Positions 8,358 through 18,417 are shown, counted from the stretch's first letter. The stretch is 64,000 nucleotides of DNA from Spirochaetia bacterium (GCA_963668315.1 OY764216.1:2048001-2112000), one strand, 5' to 3'. The notes: generated from the sequence alone by a model not told the origin. A program made the numbers and translations.

Positions 8358-9572
8358 ATGCCTAGGAAACCTCTTATCAAGCGTCTCATTCCACCCGTAT
8401 TCGTGTTTGTCCTGCTGACGACCTGTACGCTGCCCCATCAGCCCGAACCGGTTCTGGAAAAGGAAGTCCTTCCCTCGGCTGCAGTCGAAAGCAACCTCTC
8501 ACGGGAAACCAGGGGCGAGCTGATCCGGGGAGACAATCTTCTGGATATGATTCTTCGGGAAGGGATAGAATACGAACTGGCCAACGAACTTGTTCTGGCG
8601 GTGGCTCCCCATGTGGATATGGTCAGGCTTCAGCCGGGACAGCAGGGATTCTTCACCTACGGCGCCGTAGGGGAACTGACGAAATTCCAGCTTGAGGAGA
8701 GCGACGGGAGCCTTGTTGAGGCACAGATCACCGAAGAAGGGATTCAGGTCGTCATTCGCAACCCCCTGCTAACCACCAGAATCCGTCTGGTTAAGGGCAC
8801 GGTTGACTCCAGCCTTTATAACGCCGCGGTGGACTGCGGCATGCCCCTTTCCCTATTTATGGATATGATTCAGCTCTTCTCCTTCGATGTGGACTTTCAG
8901 AGGGATATCTACCGGGGCGACTATTTCGAAGCCGCCTATGAGGAAATTTATAATGAGAGGGGCGAAGTCGTAGATTACGGCGAAATCGTTCTGGCCAGGA
9001 TCTATACACGGGGCGCCTCGGAAGAGCATATCTGCTACCGCTACGTCAAACTGGACGGTACCCGTGACTGGTATGACGACGAAGGGAACACGGTCCGGAA
9101 GGAACTTCTCAAAACCCCCGTCAACGGCGCCTACATCTCGTCGGGATTCGGCACCCGGGTCAGTCCCATTTCGGGGTTCACCCACAAGCACAAGGGCGTG
9201 GATTTCGCCGCGCCCCGGGGCACCCCCATTATGGCGTCGGGAAACGGGGTTATCACCCTTATCGGCTGGAGCGATGTTTACGGCTGGTATATCAAACTGC
9301 GCCATACGAACGGCTACGAAACGCTGTACGGGCATATGAGCGCCTTCGCCGCGGGCATGCGCAAGGGCTCCGTTGTCGATCAGGGCCAGACTATTGGCTA
9401 TGTCGGTTCCACCGGCCAGTCCACCGGGCCGCACTGCCATTACGAAATTATCTATTACGGAACGAAAATCAATCCGGCAACGGTGAAATTCCCTCCCGGA
9501 GAGTCCCTCAAGGGGGATAACCTGGAGCTTTTCCAGCTGGAGAGAAAATCATTAATTTCATCATTTTTCTGA
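8358..9572 (+). CDS. M23 family peptidoglycan endopeptidase (MepM/Csd3-like)
   Basis: FSFDVDFQRDI, HKGVDFAA (HxxxD), GHMS, STGPHCHYE (HxH); N-terminal hydrophobic anchor. Confidence 0.92.
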   Translation: MPRKPLIKRLIPPVFVFVLLTTCTLPHQPEPVLEKEVLPSAAVESNLSRETRGELIRGDNLLDMILREGIEYELANELVLAVAPHVDMVRLQPGQQGFFTYGAVGELTKFQLEESDGSLVEAQITEEGIQVVIRNPLLTTRIRLVKGTVDSSLYNAAVDCGMPLSLFMDMIQLFSFDVDFQRDIYRGDYFEAAYEEIYNERGEVVDYGEIVLARIYTRGASEEHICYRYVKLDGTRDWYDDEGNTVRKELLKTPVNGAYISSGFGTRVSPISGFTHKHKGVDFAAPRGTPIMASGNGVITLIGWSDVYGWYIKLRHTNGYETLYGHMSAFAAGMRKGSVVDQGQTIGYVGSTGQSTGPHCHYEIIYYGTKINPATVKFPPGESLKGDNLELFQLERKSLISSFF

Positions 9573-9603
9573 TAAATCCATTCCACGGAGGTATATTGTT
9601 TTC

Positions 9604-10068
9604 ATGAATACGAGAATATTCACCAAAGGAATTATTCTGGCCGCCCTTATCGGTCTGGCCGGTTGTTCCACCATGATCAGCGAGGAACAGGCTTCGGCAA
9701 AAGCTATAGCCCTGACCGGCCGGGTGAACCGGGGCGAAGCCGACACCCTTACCGGAACGTCATCCCGCCCTTTCCTGTTCGAGAGCGAAATCCTCCCCTC
9801 CGAGGCCATGCTCAACGACCTCTGGCAGGGACTGATCGATGCGGGGGTTACCTTTGACAATCCCCAGGTCAGGGAAGTCCGCGTGGTGGACGGGGATAGT
9901 TTCCGTGTCTTCGCCGATACCTGGGAAGTGGAAACCTGGTTCAAAAATTATGTGAAAGATCCGGCCTACCTGGTATTCCTCGATACGGAAGATCAGCAGC
10001 TTGTTCTCGTGCTGGACAGAAATAAAAAGAATTCCCGGCCGATTATGGGATTCGGGGAGCGGCGGTAA
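9604..10068 (+). CDS. Hypothetical lipoprotein
   Basis: Lipobox LIGLAGC; GGAGG RBS. Confidence 0.8.
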   Translation: MNTRIFTKGIILAALIGLAGCSTMISEEQASAKAIALTGRVNRGEADTLTGTSSRPFLFESEILPSEAMLNDLWQGLIDAGVTFDNPQVREVRVVDGDSFRVFADTWEVETWFKNYVKDPAYLVFLDTEDQQLVLVLDRNKKNSRPIMGFGERR

Positions 10069-11090
10069 TGAAAAAATTATTAATACTGATGTTTTTCAGC
10101 CTTCTGGCCCTGTCTCTTTTCTCCCTGACCGGGGAGATCGTCTATCTGGAAGGAGCGGTGGACATAAAACCCAATGGAGGCGAACTGGAGTGGGCCGACT
10201 TCGGTACCCCCGTCGCCGAAGGGGACTCCATCATCACCGGAATGGACGGCTACTGCGAAGTGGAGCTGGAAGGCGGCTCCACCGTGACCATAAGGGAAGA
10301 CACGGTCTTCTCCTTCGGACGGGGCAGCGTGGGGGGCGGCGAGGCTCAGAACGTCTTCAGCTGCGCCATGGGACAGATCTCCTATAAGTTCAGCAATCTC
10401 AAAGACGAGCCCGTCATCACGACCCCCTCCGCCGCCTGCGGCATACGGGGGACCGCCTTTACCGTAATGACCGGCGCCGACGGCTCCTCCCTCTTTGTCG
10501 TCTCCGAAGGAGAAGTGGAAGTGGAAGTGGAATCCATGGGGCGCCGGGTCTCTCTGACCCTGGACGAAGCGGTGGAAGTCTCCTCCGGCGAAGCGCCCGG
10601 TGCGAAATACCCCGTCCTTTCGGGCAGCCTCGATTACGCCGGCTGGCTGGAAAAAGCCGAAGCCTCCGCCCTGGCCGACCCGGTGGGAACCGTGGAAGAC
10701 CTGACCGATAAGCTGATTTTCTATATTTCCGAGATGGATAGGTATCAGGCTCTATGGGATAAGGGTATGGCCGAGATGGATATCATGCTGACCGATGTTA
10801 AAAAACTTCAGGCCGATGGAAAGGATTTCGAAGCGGACGATCTTTATAAGAATAAATATCAGCCCCTGAGGAAGAATGTGGCCGGTTTCAGTTTGAATGT
10901 TCGGTATTATTCTTTGTCGGCTCTGTCTCTCAGAAGATATACTCTCGGAAGACTGTATGTGAAGCTGAGAGCCGCTCATTTTAAAGAAAGCAGTGATAGT
11001 TACGAAAGATTTTTAAAAGTCTATGATGATTTCATAGAAGAGTATAACACAATTTGTGTCGAACCCTATCTGGTCGATGCAGACATCTAA
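10068..11090 (+). CDS. Secreted FecR-domain protein
   Basis: Signal peptide; GD.I.TG.DG..E.EL.GGS, TPSAACGIRGT.F.V, V.EGEV FecR-like motifs; helical C-terminus. Confidence 0.8.
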   Translation: MKKLLILMFFSLLALSLFSLTGEIVYLEGAVDIKPNGGELEWADFGTPVAEGDSIITGMDGYCEVELEGGSTVTIREDTVFSFGRGSVGGGEAQNVFSCAMGQISYKFSNLKDEPVITTPSAACGIRGTAFTVMTGADGSSLFVVSEGEVEVEVESMGRRVSLTLDEAVEVSSGEAPGAKYPVLSGSLDYAGWLEKAEASALADPVGTVEDLTDKLIFYISEMDRYQALWDKGMAEMDIMLTDVKKLQADGKDFEADDLYKNKYQPLRKNVAGFSLNVRYYSLSALSLRRYTLGRLYVKLRAAHFKESSDSYERFLKVYDDFIEEYNTICVEPYLVDADI

Positions 11091-11104
11091 GGGAGGTATT
11101 TTCC

Positions 11105-11506
11105 ATGAAAACGTTTATTAAAATCATAATACTTGCGGGTATTACAGCCATTGCTCTGGCGGGTTGTAATATGGGTGATGTTCAGTCAAAAGAGGAGTGT
11201 CTGGAAGACTTTTTCGGAAAGGCTCAGTCCAGTCAGTGGACTTCCATGTATGAGGAAATCCATCCGGATAATCCTAATCGGGATTCCTATAAAAGCGGAA
11301 CTTTATTTAATACGCTTTATAATCCTGAAGTAACATATTCCATAGTTTCAAAGAGTGGTGATACCTATACTGTCAATGTTAATCCCGATGGATACGGTTC
11401 TGCCCAGGAGATTTTTGTATTTCGTGCCGAGGAAGGAGACGGCCTTTTTGAAGGTGATGAGTGGCTGATTTACTCCTTTACTGATTCAACGACAGGTACT
11501 CATTAA
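11105..11506 (+). CDS. Hypothetical lipoprotein
   Basis: ATG 11105 after GGAGG; MKTFIKIIILAGITAIALAGC lipobox. Confidence 0.8.
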   Translation: MKTFIKIIILAGITAIALAGCNMGDVQSKEECLEDFFGKAQSSQWTSMYEEIHPDNPNRDSYKSGTLFNTLYNPEVTYSIVSKSGDTYTVNVNPDGYGSAQEIFVFRAEEGDGLFEGDEWLIYSFTDSTTGTH

Positions 11507-11511
11507 GCCCC

Positions 11512-12150
11512 ATGAAAATACATACCATCCCCTCAGGCCCCTTGGAGACAAATACTTTCCTCATTGATAACGGTGAGGGAGAAGCCCTGGTTATCGACGC
11601 CCCTCCCGGCGGTTACGGCGACGTGATGCCTCTGGTCAAAGAGAAGGGGCTCAGAATCAAAGCTCTTCTCCTGACCCACGGCCATTTCGACCATGTGCTG
11701 GATACGGCCCTTTACCAGAAGGACGGGGTGCCCGTTTTTGTTCACCGCGATTCGGAACAGATGGTCCGCGATCCGGCGGCGTGGATGCCCTTTCCTTTTC
11801 CCGGTATGGAGCTGCAGACCCTGGAGTGGGGGAGCGGCGACCATATTCTGGAAAGCGAGGGGGAGTGGAGCCTGGCCGGTATCAAGGTCAGGGTTCTCGT
11901 CGCTCCGGGTCACTGCCCGGGCAGCCTGGTCTTCCATATGCCCGAAGCGTCGGCCGCCTTTGTGGGTGATGTAATATTTTACCGTTCCGTGGGACGGACC
12001 GATCTCCCCGGAGGCGATACGGCCACTCTGATCGGTTCCATAAGCTCAAAGATTATGACTCTCCCCGAGGGAACTCTGCTTCACCCCGGCCATGGTCCGC
12101 TGACTCTTGTGGAAGAGGAAAGGGAATATAACCCCTATATTAACGGCTAA
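11512..12150 (+). CDS. MBL-fold metallo-hydrolase (glyoxalase II/YcbL-like)
   Basis: THGHFDH, PGHCPG, GDVIF..SVGRTDLPGG, PGHG. Confidence 0.93.
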   Translation: MKIHTIPSGPLETNTFLIDNGEGEALVIDAPPGGYGDVMPLVKEKGLRIKALLLTHGHFDHVLDTALYQKDGVPVFVHRDSEQMVRDPAAWMPFPFPGMELQTLEWGSGDHILESEGEWSLAGIKVRVLVAPGHCPGSLVFHMPEASAAFVGDVIFYRSVGRTDLPGGDTATLIGSISSKIMTLPEGTLLHPGHGPLTLVEEEREYNPYING

Positions 12151-12199
12151 GTCGTATTTCTGCCATTCCGCATCGCCTGGACGCTTGCGAACTTCATAA

Positions 12200-12228
12200 T
12201 TGACCCATTCTCTCCCGTGCCCTATAAT
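12200..12228 (+). promoter_or_regulatory. Sigma70-like promoter
   Basis: TTGACC-17 nt-TATAAT, ending 10 nt before ATG 12239. Confidence 0.7.
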
Positions 12229-12238
12229 AAGGAGCAAT

Positions 12239-13951
12239 ATGATCGAAAACAGGACCCTATCTACTTTTTCCTATTCGGAGCTTAATGATTATGCCGGCTT
12301 GAAAGAAAGCATCTATCAGGAAGTGAAGAGCCAGATGATTACCGAGCTTTACCGCTTCGCCGACAGAAAGCTGGGCATCAAGACCGAAGAGGATATCAAG
12401 AACCATGTCTATGACAGACAGCAGGTGACCACTCAGCTTTTTCTGGCCCTGGGGAAATTCAACCGGGATTTTCCCGATCTGGATACGCTCTACTTCGCCA
12501 AGCCCCGGGCCATTTTCCTTTCCGTGGAACTCTCCCTGGAGGAGGCGGCCACTATTCTCAAGGAGAAGGAGCATCTGGATGTCTTTCCCGATGAATCGTT
12601 CAGAAAGATCCTGGAGGACTATGCCGCGTCGGTGCAGCAGCGGGTCAAGTTCATTCAGTTCCGCAACAGAGCCAAAGAGGTCCTGAAGACGATCAAGCTT
12701 GATCTGTTCACGATCAATCTGATTTCCATGTATATGTTCGAGAAGCAGGACGCTTCCTGGGATATCCGGGATCTGGACGCCTTTTACAATCAGGATTACG
12801 GCTATGAGGTAGCCAAGCTGATTTCCGAGATCTTCCTGCGATTCGTTCAGCTCTACGAACTGCAGAATGATGCGAGTTCCTCCCTGGACGACCGTATGAA
12901 GGTGGAGCAGGAGCTTATCCGCGAGATAGACGGCAGAATTTTCGTTTATCTTCCCCAGGAAAGGGAGAAGCTTTTCGACCGTATCCGCCGCATTATCCGC
13001 ACCGGGTACACCCTTACCGAGTTGAACAGAAAAATCCGTGCCGGCTCTCCCGCTGTCAAGGCGGTAGCCCTTTCCGATCTGAAGGAGATTATCGGCAAGA
13101 AGGATTATGCCGTCCTTATCGACGGTTTCCTTTTTGAAGATATCTTTACAACCGCCATGGACGGTCTTGTCGATTTTAAATCAAGGGTCGGGCTGATCCG
13201 GCAGATCGTCATGGGATTTCTTGAGGGTATTTACGATGTCCGGGTTTATGCCCAGGCTATCATCTATTTTTATACTCCTTCCGAGAAGAATCATAATCAC
13301 AGCTACTACAAGATGCTGGGAGCGGCCTGTCTCAAAAGCAAGGAGTTCATTCCCTATTTTACCGATCTGATTATCGGTTTCAGGGATATCCTGAATAAGG
13401 CCTGGAAAGAGCCTGAATTCACCTTGCCCTTTCCCGTTCTCATGTATACCTGGCGGCTTTTTGAGTTCATGCTTAAATTTCTCATGACCAGCCTGCAGGA
13501 GATGACCGATGTCACGAAGGTCTGCGAGATGAGCTTTAATCAGGTGTTCATCTACAATATCACCCGAAGGCCTGTCTCCGTTACCTATTCGGAACCCCGG
13601 AAGCAGAGTTTTGAGAAAATCATCGCCCATAAATACTCCACCGCCGATATCTATATTCCCCGTTCGAGTGTGGAAAAGCACTGTCCCGCTCTCATGAATT
13701 CCCACTTTGAAACGGTGGATAATCTGTTTATGAAGCTGAAGGACAATGTTTCCTACAAGGAGAACATCACCCTAAAGAAACTGGTTCTCTATAACAGGGA
13801 AGACCTCTCGCTCTGGCTGCAGAGAACGCGGCTTCAGAAAATCAGCGAGAGTGAATTCCTCAAGAAGAGTCTTTCCGAAGAGATTGCCGAACTGGAAAAT
13901 TTTCCCACCGAACTGGACGAGGAGCTGGAAATCCTTATCGGGGAGGATTGA
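12239..13951 (+). CDS. Large hypothetical cytoplasmic, mainly helical protein (about 570 aa)
   Basis: Long ORF with host-like codon usage and its own promoter; no recognised motif. Confidence 0.8.
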   Translation: MIENRTLSTFSYSELNDYAGLKESIYQEVKSQMITELYRFADRKLGIKTEEDIKNHVYDRQQVTTQLFLALGKFNRDFPDLDTLYFAKPRAIFLSVELSLEEAATILKEKEHLDVFPDESFRKILEDYAASVQQRVKFIQFRNRAKEVLKTIKLDLFTINLISMYMFEKQDASWDIRDLDAFYNQDYGYEVAKLISEIFLRFVQLYELQNDASSSLDDRMKVEQELIREIDGRIFVYLPQEREKLFDRIRRIIRTGYTLTELNRKIRAGSPAVKAVALSDLKEIIGKKDYAVLIDGFLFEDIFTTAMDGLVDFKSRVGLIRQIVMGFLEGIYDVRVYAQAIIYFYTPSEKNHNHSYYKMLGAACLKSKEFIPYFTDLIIGFRDILNKAWKEPEFTLPFPVLMYTWRLFEFMLKFLMTSLQEMTDVTKVCEMSFNQVFIYNITRRPVSVTYSEPRKQSFEKIIAHKYSTADIYIPRSSVEKHCPALMNSHFETVDNLFMKLKDNVSYKENITLKKLVLYNREDLSLWLQRTRLQKISESEFLKKSLSEEIAELENFPTELDEELEILIGED

Positions 13952-13984
13952 TTCTTTCCCGGGGCGGGGAGACTTTTTTCCGCC

Positions 13985-15907
13985 CTACCGTCTGATATCG
14001 TTTCGGCTGATATTCTTATATTGGGTCGGGGTCAGGCCGGTTTCCCGCTTGAAAAGGGAACTGAAGGAGTTGGGCGTCTGGTATCCCACGTCCATGGCAA
14101 TTTCCGTTACCGATTTTTCCGTCGTATTCAGAAGATGTTTCGCCTGGTTCATCCTTACATTGGTCAGGTACTCCGAATAGGAGTAGCCGCTGCTCTTTCT
14201 GAATATCGATTTGAAATAGGACTCACTGATGCATACCGCGTCGGCCACATCCTTGACCGAAATGGCCTCGGCGAAATGCTCGTCCATGTACTCCTTGGCC
14301 TTCCTGACGATGTTCTTGGATCTATTGGAGTGGGAGTGGGATACAATGTTGATCATCTCTTCCGTGCGGGCTTTCAGCCACTCTATCAATTGGGACTGGC
14401 TTCTGATGATGGCCGACTCGGTGAATAATTTTTCGCTCAGTTCCAGAAGTTTGTCCACGTCGCCTCCGCCGGTCATGGCCGATTCGATCATGGTGCCCAG
14501 CAGTTCATAGATCCTCACCTTCAAAAGGGAATCGGTTTCATCGCCGTATCGGAAGAGAAGGGTAATCAGACGCTGAAGCTCATCCTGGGCTTTTTGGCAG
14601 TCGCCCATCCTGATCGCCGCGAGGAAGGCGTTTCTCTCCTTGAGGGGATACTCCCTCCTTGTTTCGTCTCCCTGGATATCGCTGATATGAATGACCTGGC
14701 CGCCCTCTATGGATTTGGCGTATTCCACGGCGTTTACCGCTTCGTGATAGGATTTTTTAAGATCTTCCAGTCCCGAGTAGCTGCGGCCGATTCCGAAATC
14801 AAAGTTATTCAGGACGGTCAGCGACTCCTTGAGAATTTCGCAGATGCGTATGGTCTCGCTCCGCCCGGAGTCGGGTTTTCCCGAAATGGAGAGACAGATC
14901 CCCAGCATATCCGTGCCCATGGGCATGAGAATGGACTGGTTGGCCCCGAGAATCTTGTCCAGAATCCCCGAGACTTCCCTGTTCAGGGTATCGTTGACGT
15001 CCTTGTAAACGGATGTTTTCCTGCTGCTCCCCGCCGATTCCTTCAGAGCGATGAATGTATTGATATCCCCCGGGATATTGAGAAGCTCCAGCATTTCCGA
15101 AACCTGCTGGTGAAGATGGACATCAATAGAAAGGTCCTGAATCAGGTCTTCCCGTATGTAGGCGATGACCTTCTGCATTCTTCTCCGGTTCTCCTTGATG
15201 TCCAGGGCGACGCCGCTGCCGAGAAAGGAGACGCTGGCCAGGGAACCCACATAATAGATCCACCACTGGTGCAGCAGGGTTCCGCAGAAGAAGGTGAGGG
15301 CGAATATCAGCTTCCCCGTATTATAGAGGTACACCTTTTTAAGGTTGACGTTCTCCTTTTCATCGTAGTTTTTGACCCTTTTAATCTTTCCCGCCGAATC
15401 GATAAAAAGCAGGATGGCGAGGATCAGATACACCCCGTTTGTCACTTCCCTGCCGAAAAAAGGGGCCGAAAAGGACGGAGTGGTGGAGTCGTAAACGGCG
15501 AAATTCCCTATGGAGAAGATGATCCCCGAGCCGGTGGTCGTCAGGGTATTGAAGACGCAGTAGAGGACGCCCAGGAGAAAACCGGGGATCATAAGGGCCC
15601 AGAAGCGGGATTTCCTGTCAGTCTCGGGACGTGAGAAATCCGCCAGGATGACCATGGGAATGGTGACCGCGCTGAAGATGAAGGAACGGATATTGTTGAT
15701 GATCAGGGGAACCGGATGGGCGCCGGACATGATCTGAAAGGGCCTTCCGAAAAGGAAAAAGGAGAAGGAGATGAGGAAAAGGGCGAAATACCCCGTGGAA
15801 ACCGACTTTGATTCCTCAATAAAGACAAAGTAGAGAAAATAAATAAAAAGGATAATTCCCGAAAGGGCGGGTATCAGGATATTTCCGAAAATATCAAGCA
15901 AAGGCAT
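13985..15907 (-). CDS. Membrane-anchored AraC-family regulator (N-terminal multi-TM sensor, CdaR/YesN-like middle region, C-terminal AraC HTH)
   Basis: About 7 hydrophobic segments in the first 240 aa; GIGRSY..LEDLKKSY.EA..A motif; C-terminal SESYFKSIF..RM.QAK.LL..IAMDVGY.TPNSFS.LFK.ETGLTPTQY. Confidence 0.88.
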   Translation of the reverse strand: MPLLDIFGNILIPALSGIILFIYFLYFVFIEESKSVSTGYFALFLISFSFFLFGRPFQIMSGAHPVPLIINNIRSFIFSAVTIPMVILADFSRPETDRKSRFWALMIPGFLLGVLYCVFNTLTTTGSGIIFSIGNFAVYDSTTPSFSAPFFGREVTNGVYLILAILLFIDSAGKIKRVKNYDEKENVNLKKVYLYNTGKLIFALTFFCGTLLHQWWIYYVGSLASVSFLGSGVALDIKENRRRMQKVIAYIREDLIQDLSIDVHLHQQVSEMLELLNIPGDINTFIALKESAGSSRKTSVYKDVNDTLNREVSGILDKILGANQSILMPMGTDMLGICLSISGKPDSGRSETIRICEILKESLTVLNNFDFGIGRSYSGLEDLKKSYHEAVNAVEYAKSIEGGQVIHISDIQGDETRREYPLKERNAFLAAIRMGDCQKAQDELQRLITLLFRYGDETDSLLKVRIYELLGTMIESAMTGGGDVDKLLELSEKLFTESAIIRSQSQLIEWLKARTEEMINIVSHSHSNRSKNIVRKAKEYMDEHFAEAISVKDVADAVCISESYFKSIFRKSSGYSYSEYLTNVRMNQAKHLLNTTEKSVTEIAMDVGYQTPNSFSSLFKRETGLTPTQYKNISRNDIRR

Positions 15908-16009
15908 AATGGGTGTAGTATAACACAGAAATACCAAAACAAGGATAAGTTTCTTATGTTCCCTGAAAAGATGAGAAAAAATCTGTTTTTATACCGCTGA
16001 GGCTGCGGG

Positions 16010-16477
16010 TTATTTTACTTTTTTCTTCAAGTAATCATATAACGGCGCTCCCTTATCCGCCAGCACTTGCTTGTTCAGGATGAACCCCTGTTTTGCCTTT
16101 GTATAAATAATCAGCATCCCCGATATCTTAATGACCGATTTCAGGTCGGAATAATCCACCGGGGAGCTCTGGTCTCCCGAAGAGATCGTCATGGCGCGGC
16201 TGTCAAAATCCATGGCCATTTCCCGGGGCATGGCTCCGACGATCCTTCGGCTTCGCAGAAAGATCATCAGGGGCTGAAACACCGGAAACAGAAGAATCCC
16301 CGCAGAGATAAGGATTCTGACGGCCGTGCCTGTTTCCGCCCAGAATCGAACGGCCAGAAGGATCATGGAGGCGGTGAACACAATATTCACCATTCCCATC
16401 ATGGAACGGTAAATATTGATCATGCTCAGGACCAGTAGATTGGCCGGTTCTATTCTGTAGCGAAAGCTGAACTTCAA
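16010..16477 (-). CDS. YcxB-like membrane protein
   Basis: Two TM helices followed by a small beta domain (DYSDLKSV..LIIY...QGFIL); GTG/TTG-type start just downstream of dctM. Confidence 0.7.
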   Translation of the reverse strand: MKFSFRYRIEPANLLVLSMINIYRSMMGMVNIVFTASMILLAVRFWAETGTAVRILISAGILLFPVFQPLMIFLRSRRIVGAMPREMAMDFDSRAMTISSGDQSSPVDYSDLKSVIKISGMLIIYTKAKQGFILNKQVLADKGAPLYDYLKKKVK

Positions 16478-16488
16478 TTTCCCGTCCC

Positions 16489-17781
16489 CTATCTGAAGAG
16501 AGAGGGCAGGAAGAGGCTGATCGACGGTATGAAGGTCACCAGCATAAGGGTAATGATCATGAGAACGTAGAAGGGCAGAGTCGCCTTGACCACACGCTCA
16601 ATGTTTACCTTTCCCACGGCGGAACCGATAAAGAGAACCGATCCGACGGGGGGAGTGAGGAGTCCGATACCGCAGTTCAGAATAACCATGACGCCGAACT
16701 GAATGGGGTCGATCCCGATGCTGGTGGCAATGGGGAGCAGGATGGGGGTGGCGATCAGAATGATCGGCGCCATGTCCATGATACAGCCCAGTACCAGGAG
16801 AATCACGTTAAGCATAAGGGCCAGGAGAATGCGGTTGTCCGTCAGTCCCAGAATCGCCTGGGCGGCCAGTGTCGGAACGTTCAGTCTGGTCAGGAGGAAT
16901 CCGAAGATACTGGATGTGGAGATAAGGATCAGTACGATGGAGAGGGTGTTCACACACTGGTCCAGAACTTTCCATACTCCCTTCCAGTTCATTCCCTTGT
17001 AGATGAACACGCTGACAATCAGGCTGTAGATGACGGCGATGGCCGCCGATTCTGTCGCGGTGAATATACCGCCGACAACGCCGACCACGACAATGAGAAC
17101 CGCCGCCAGGGCCCAGAAGGAGATACCTATCTGCTTGAGAAGATTCAGGGGATGAAAGCCGTTGCCCTTGGGGTAGTTGCGCCTTACCGAAATGATGTAG
17201 GAACCGATCATCAGGGTGCCCGCCAGAATCGCCGCGGGAAGGTAGCCGGCCAGGAAGAGGCTTCCTATGGAGATACCGCCTGCGGTCGTCGCGTAGATGA
17301 CCATGTTGTGGCTGGGGGGAACTAGAAGTCCCTCGCAGGAACTGGTAATGGTGACGGCCGTGGAGAAATCGTCGTCGTAGCCCTGCTCCACCATCATGGG
17401 AATCATGATGCTTCCGAGGGATGCCGTATCCGCAGCGGCGGAGCCGGAGATACCTCCGAAGAAGTAGGAGGACACGATATTTACCATCGCCATACCGCCG
17501 CGCATCCAGCCTACACAGGCATCGGCGAGGGCGATCAGCTTTTCGGAAATTCCGCCCGAGCCCATCAGATAACCCATGGTTATAAAGAACGGCACGGCCA
17601 TCAGGCTGAACGAACTGATTCCTTTGACCATCTGCTGGGCCACTGTGGTAAGGGGAAGTCCCTGGTACAGCAGGCAGAGTATCGAGGAAAGGGCCACCGC
17701 ATAGGCGATGGGGAAACGGATAAGGATAAATAGGAAAAAGGTTCCCAGCAGGATGACTATAGCCATAGTATTCACAATCAT
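16489..17781 (-). CDS. dctM: TRAP transporter large permease
   Basis: SFSLMAVPFF, GGISGSAAAD, LVPPS, FTATESAA, GLLTPPVG. Confidence 0.95.
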   Translation of the reverse strand: MIVNTMAIVILLGTFFLFILIRFPIAYAVALSSILCLLYQGLPLTTVAQQMVKGISSFSLMAVPFFITMGYLMGSGGISEKLIALADACVGWMRGGMAMVNIVSSYFFGGISGSAAADTASLGSIMIPMMVEQGYDDDFSTAVTITSSCEGLLVPPSHNMVIYATTAGGISIGSLFLAGYLPAAILAGTLMIGSYIISVRRNYPKGNGFHPLNLLKQIGISFWALAAVLIVVVGVVGGIFTATESAAIAVIYSLIVSVFIYKGMNWKGVWKVLDQCVNTLSIVLILISTSSIFGFLLTRLNVPTLAAQAILGLTDNRILLALMLNVILLVLGCIMDMAPIILIATPILLPIATSIGIDPIQFGVMVILNCGIGLLTPPVGSVLFIGSAVGKVNIERVVKATLPFYVLMIITLMLVTFIPSISLFLPSLFR

Positions 17782-18305
17782 TATTCTTCATCCTCCCCGA
17801 GAATAAGCTTTTTTACCTGGTTATATATTGCTTCAAATTCGAAGATAACCATAGCGACTCCCGCCAGGGGAATCGGAAAGTACATCCAGAACCGGGAGAG
17901 ATTGGGCATACTGACGTAAAACCCCCGTGAACCGAGCTTCTGGGCATATCTCCAGCCGACAATGATCATAACGAATCCCAGAATCATAATGGCGATATCG
18001 GAGATCAGATCCAGTACGGCAAGCAGTTTCTTGGGCAGATACCTGTCAAACGCCGTCATACGGATATGGGAATTGCGTCGGATTGCCAGAGCGGCGGACA
18101 GAACCGCCATGTAGGCCATGCAGGAAAGGACGACTTCCTCGCTCCAGGCCGGGTCCGGAATAAAAGACACATATCTTCCGGTAACGGCCATGGCCGTAAT
18201 CGCAATATCCACTATCAGCAGAATCTTGCAGATAAAAAGGACCACATTATCAACATGATCATAAAACGGTTTGATTTTATCGATAGCATGGAAAACCGCT
18301 TTCAT
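17781..18305 (-). CDS. dctQ: TRAP transporter small permease
   Basis: 4 TM; WSEE, RRNSHIRM. Confidence 0.93.
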   Translation of the reverse strand: MKAVFHAIDKIKPFYDHVDNVVLFICKILLIVDIAITAMAVTGRYVSFIPDPAWSEEVVLSCMAYMAVLSAALAIRRNSHIRMTAFDRYLPKKLLAVLDLISDIAIMILGFVMIIVGWRYAQKLGSRGFYVSMPNLSRFWMYFPIPLAGVAMVIFEFEAIYNQVKKLILGEDEE

Positions 18306-18327
18306 AGTAACTCCTCATATAAGAACG

Positions 18328-18408
18328 TGGCACAGAAGTATACGCTTCTGTGCCATGGTGGTTTTTTAATTTGTCCCTCTTCCGGCGTAACGGAAAGAAA
18401 CGCCGGAA
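18328..18408. terminator. Two intergenic hairpins between dctP and dctQ (stabiliser or partial terminator)
   Basis: TGGCACAGAAG/CTTCTGTGCCA (18328-18355) and TTCCGGCGT/ACGCCGGAA (18380-18408). Confidence 0.55.
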
Positions 18409-18417
18409 GGCAGGTCC

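Noticed and set aside
10512..10532. GAAGTG tandem repeat in the FecR-domain gene
   Set aside because: In-frame 6-nt repeat encoding EVEVEVE; at most a minor slippage duplication, not phase variation.
12239..13951. Cytoplasmic filament protein CfpA assignment
   Set aside because: Only a faint GLKE..Y resemblance; the rest does not match what I know of CfpA.
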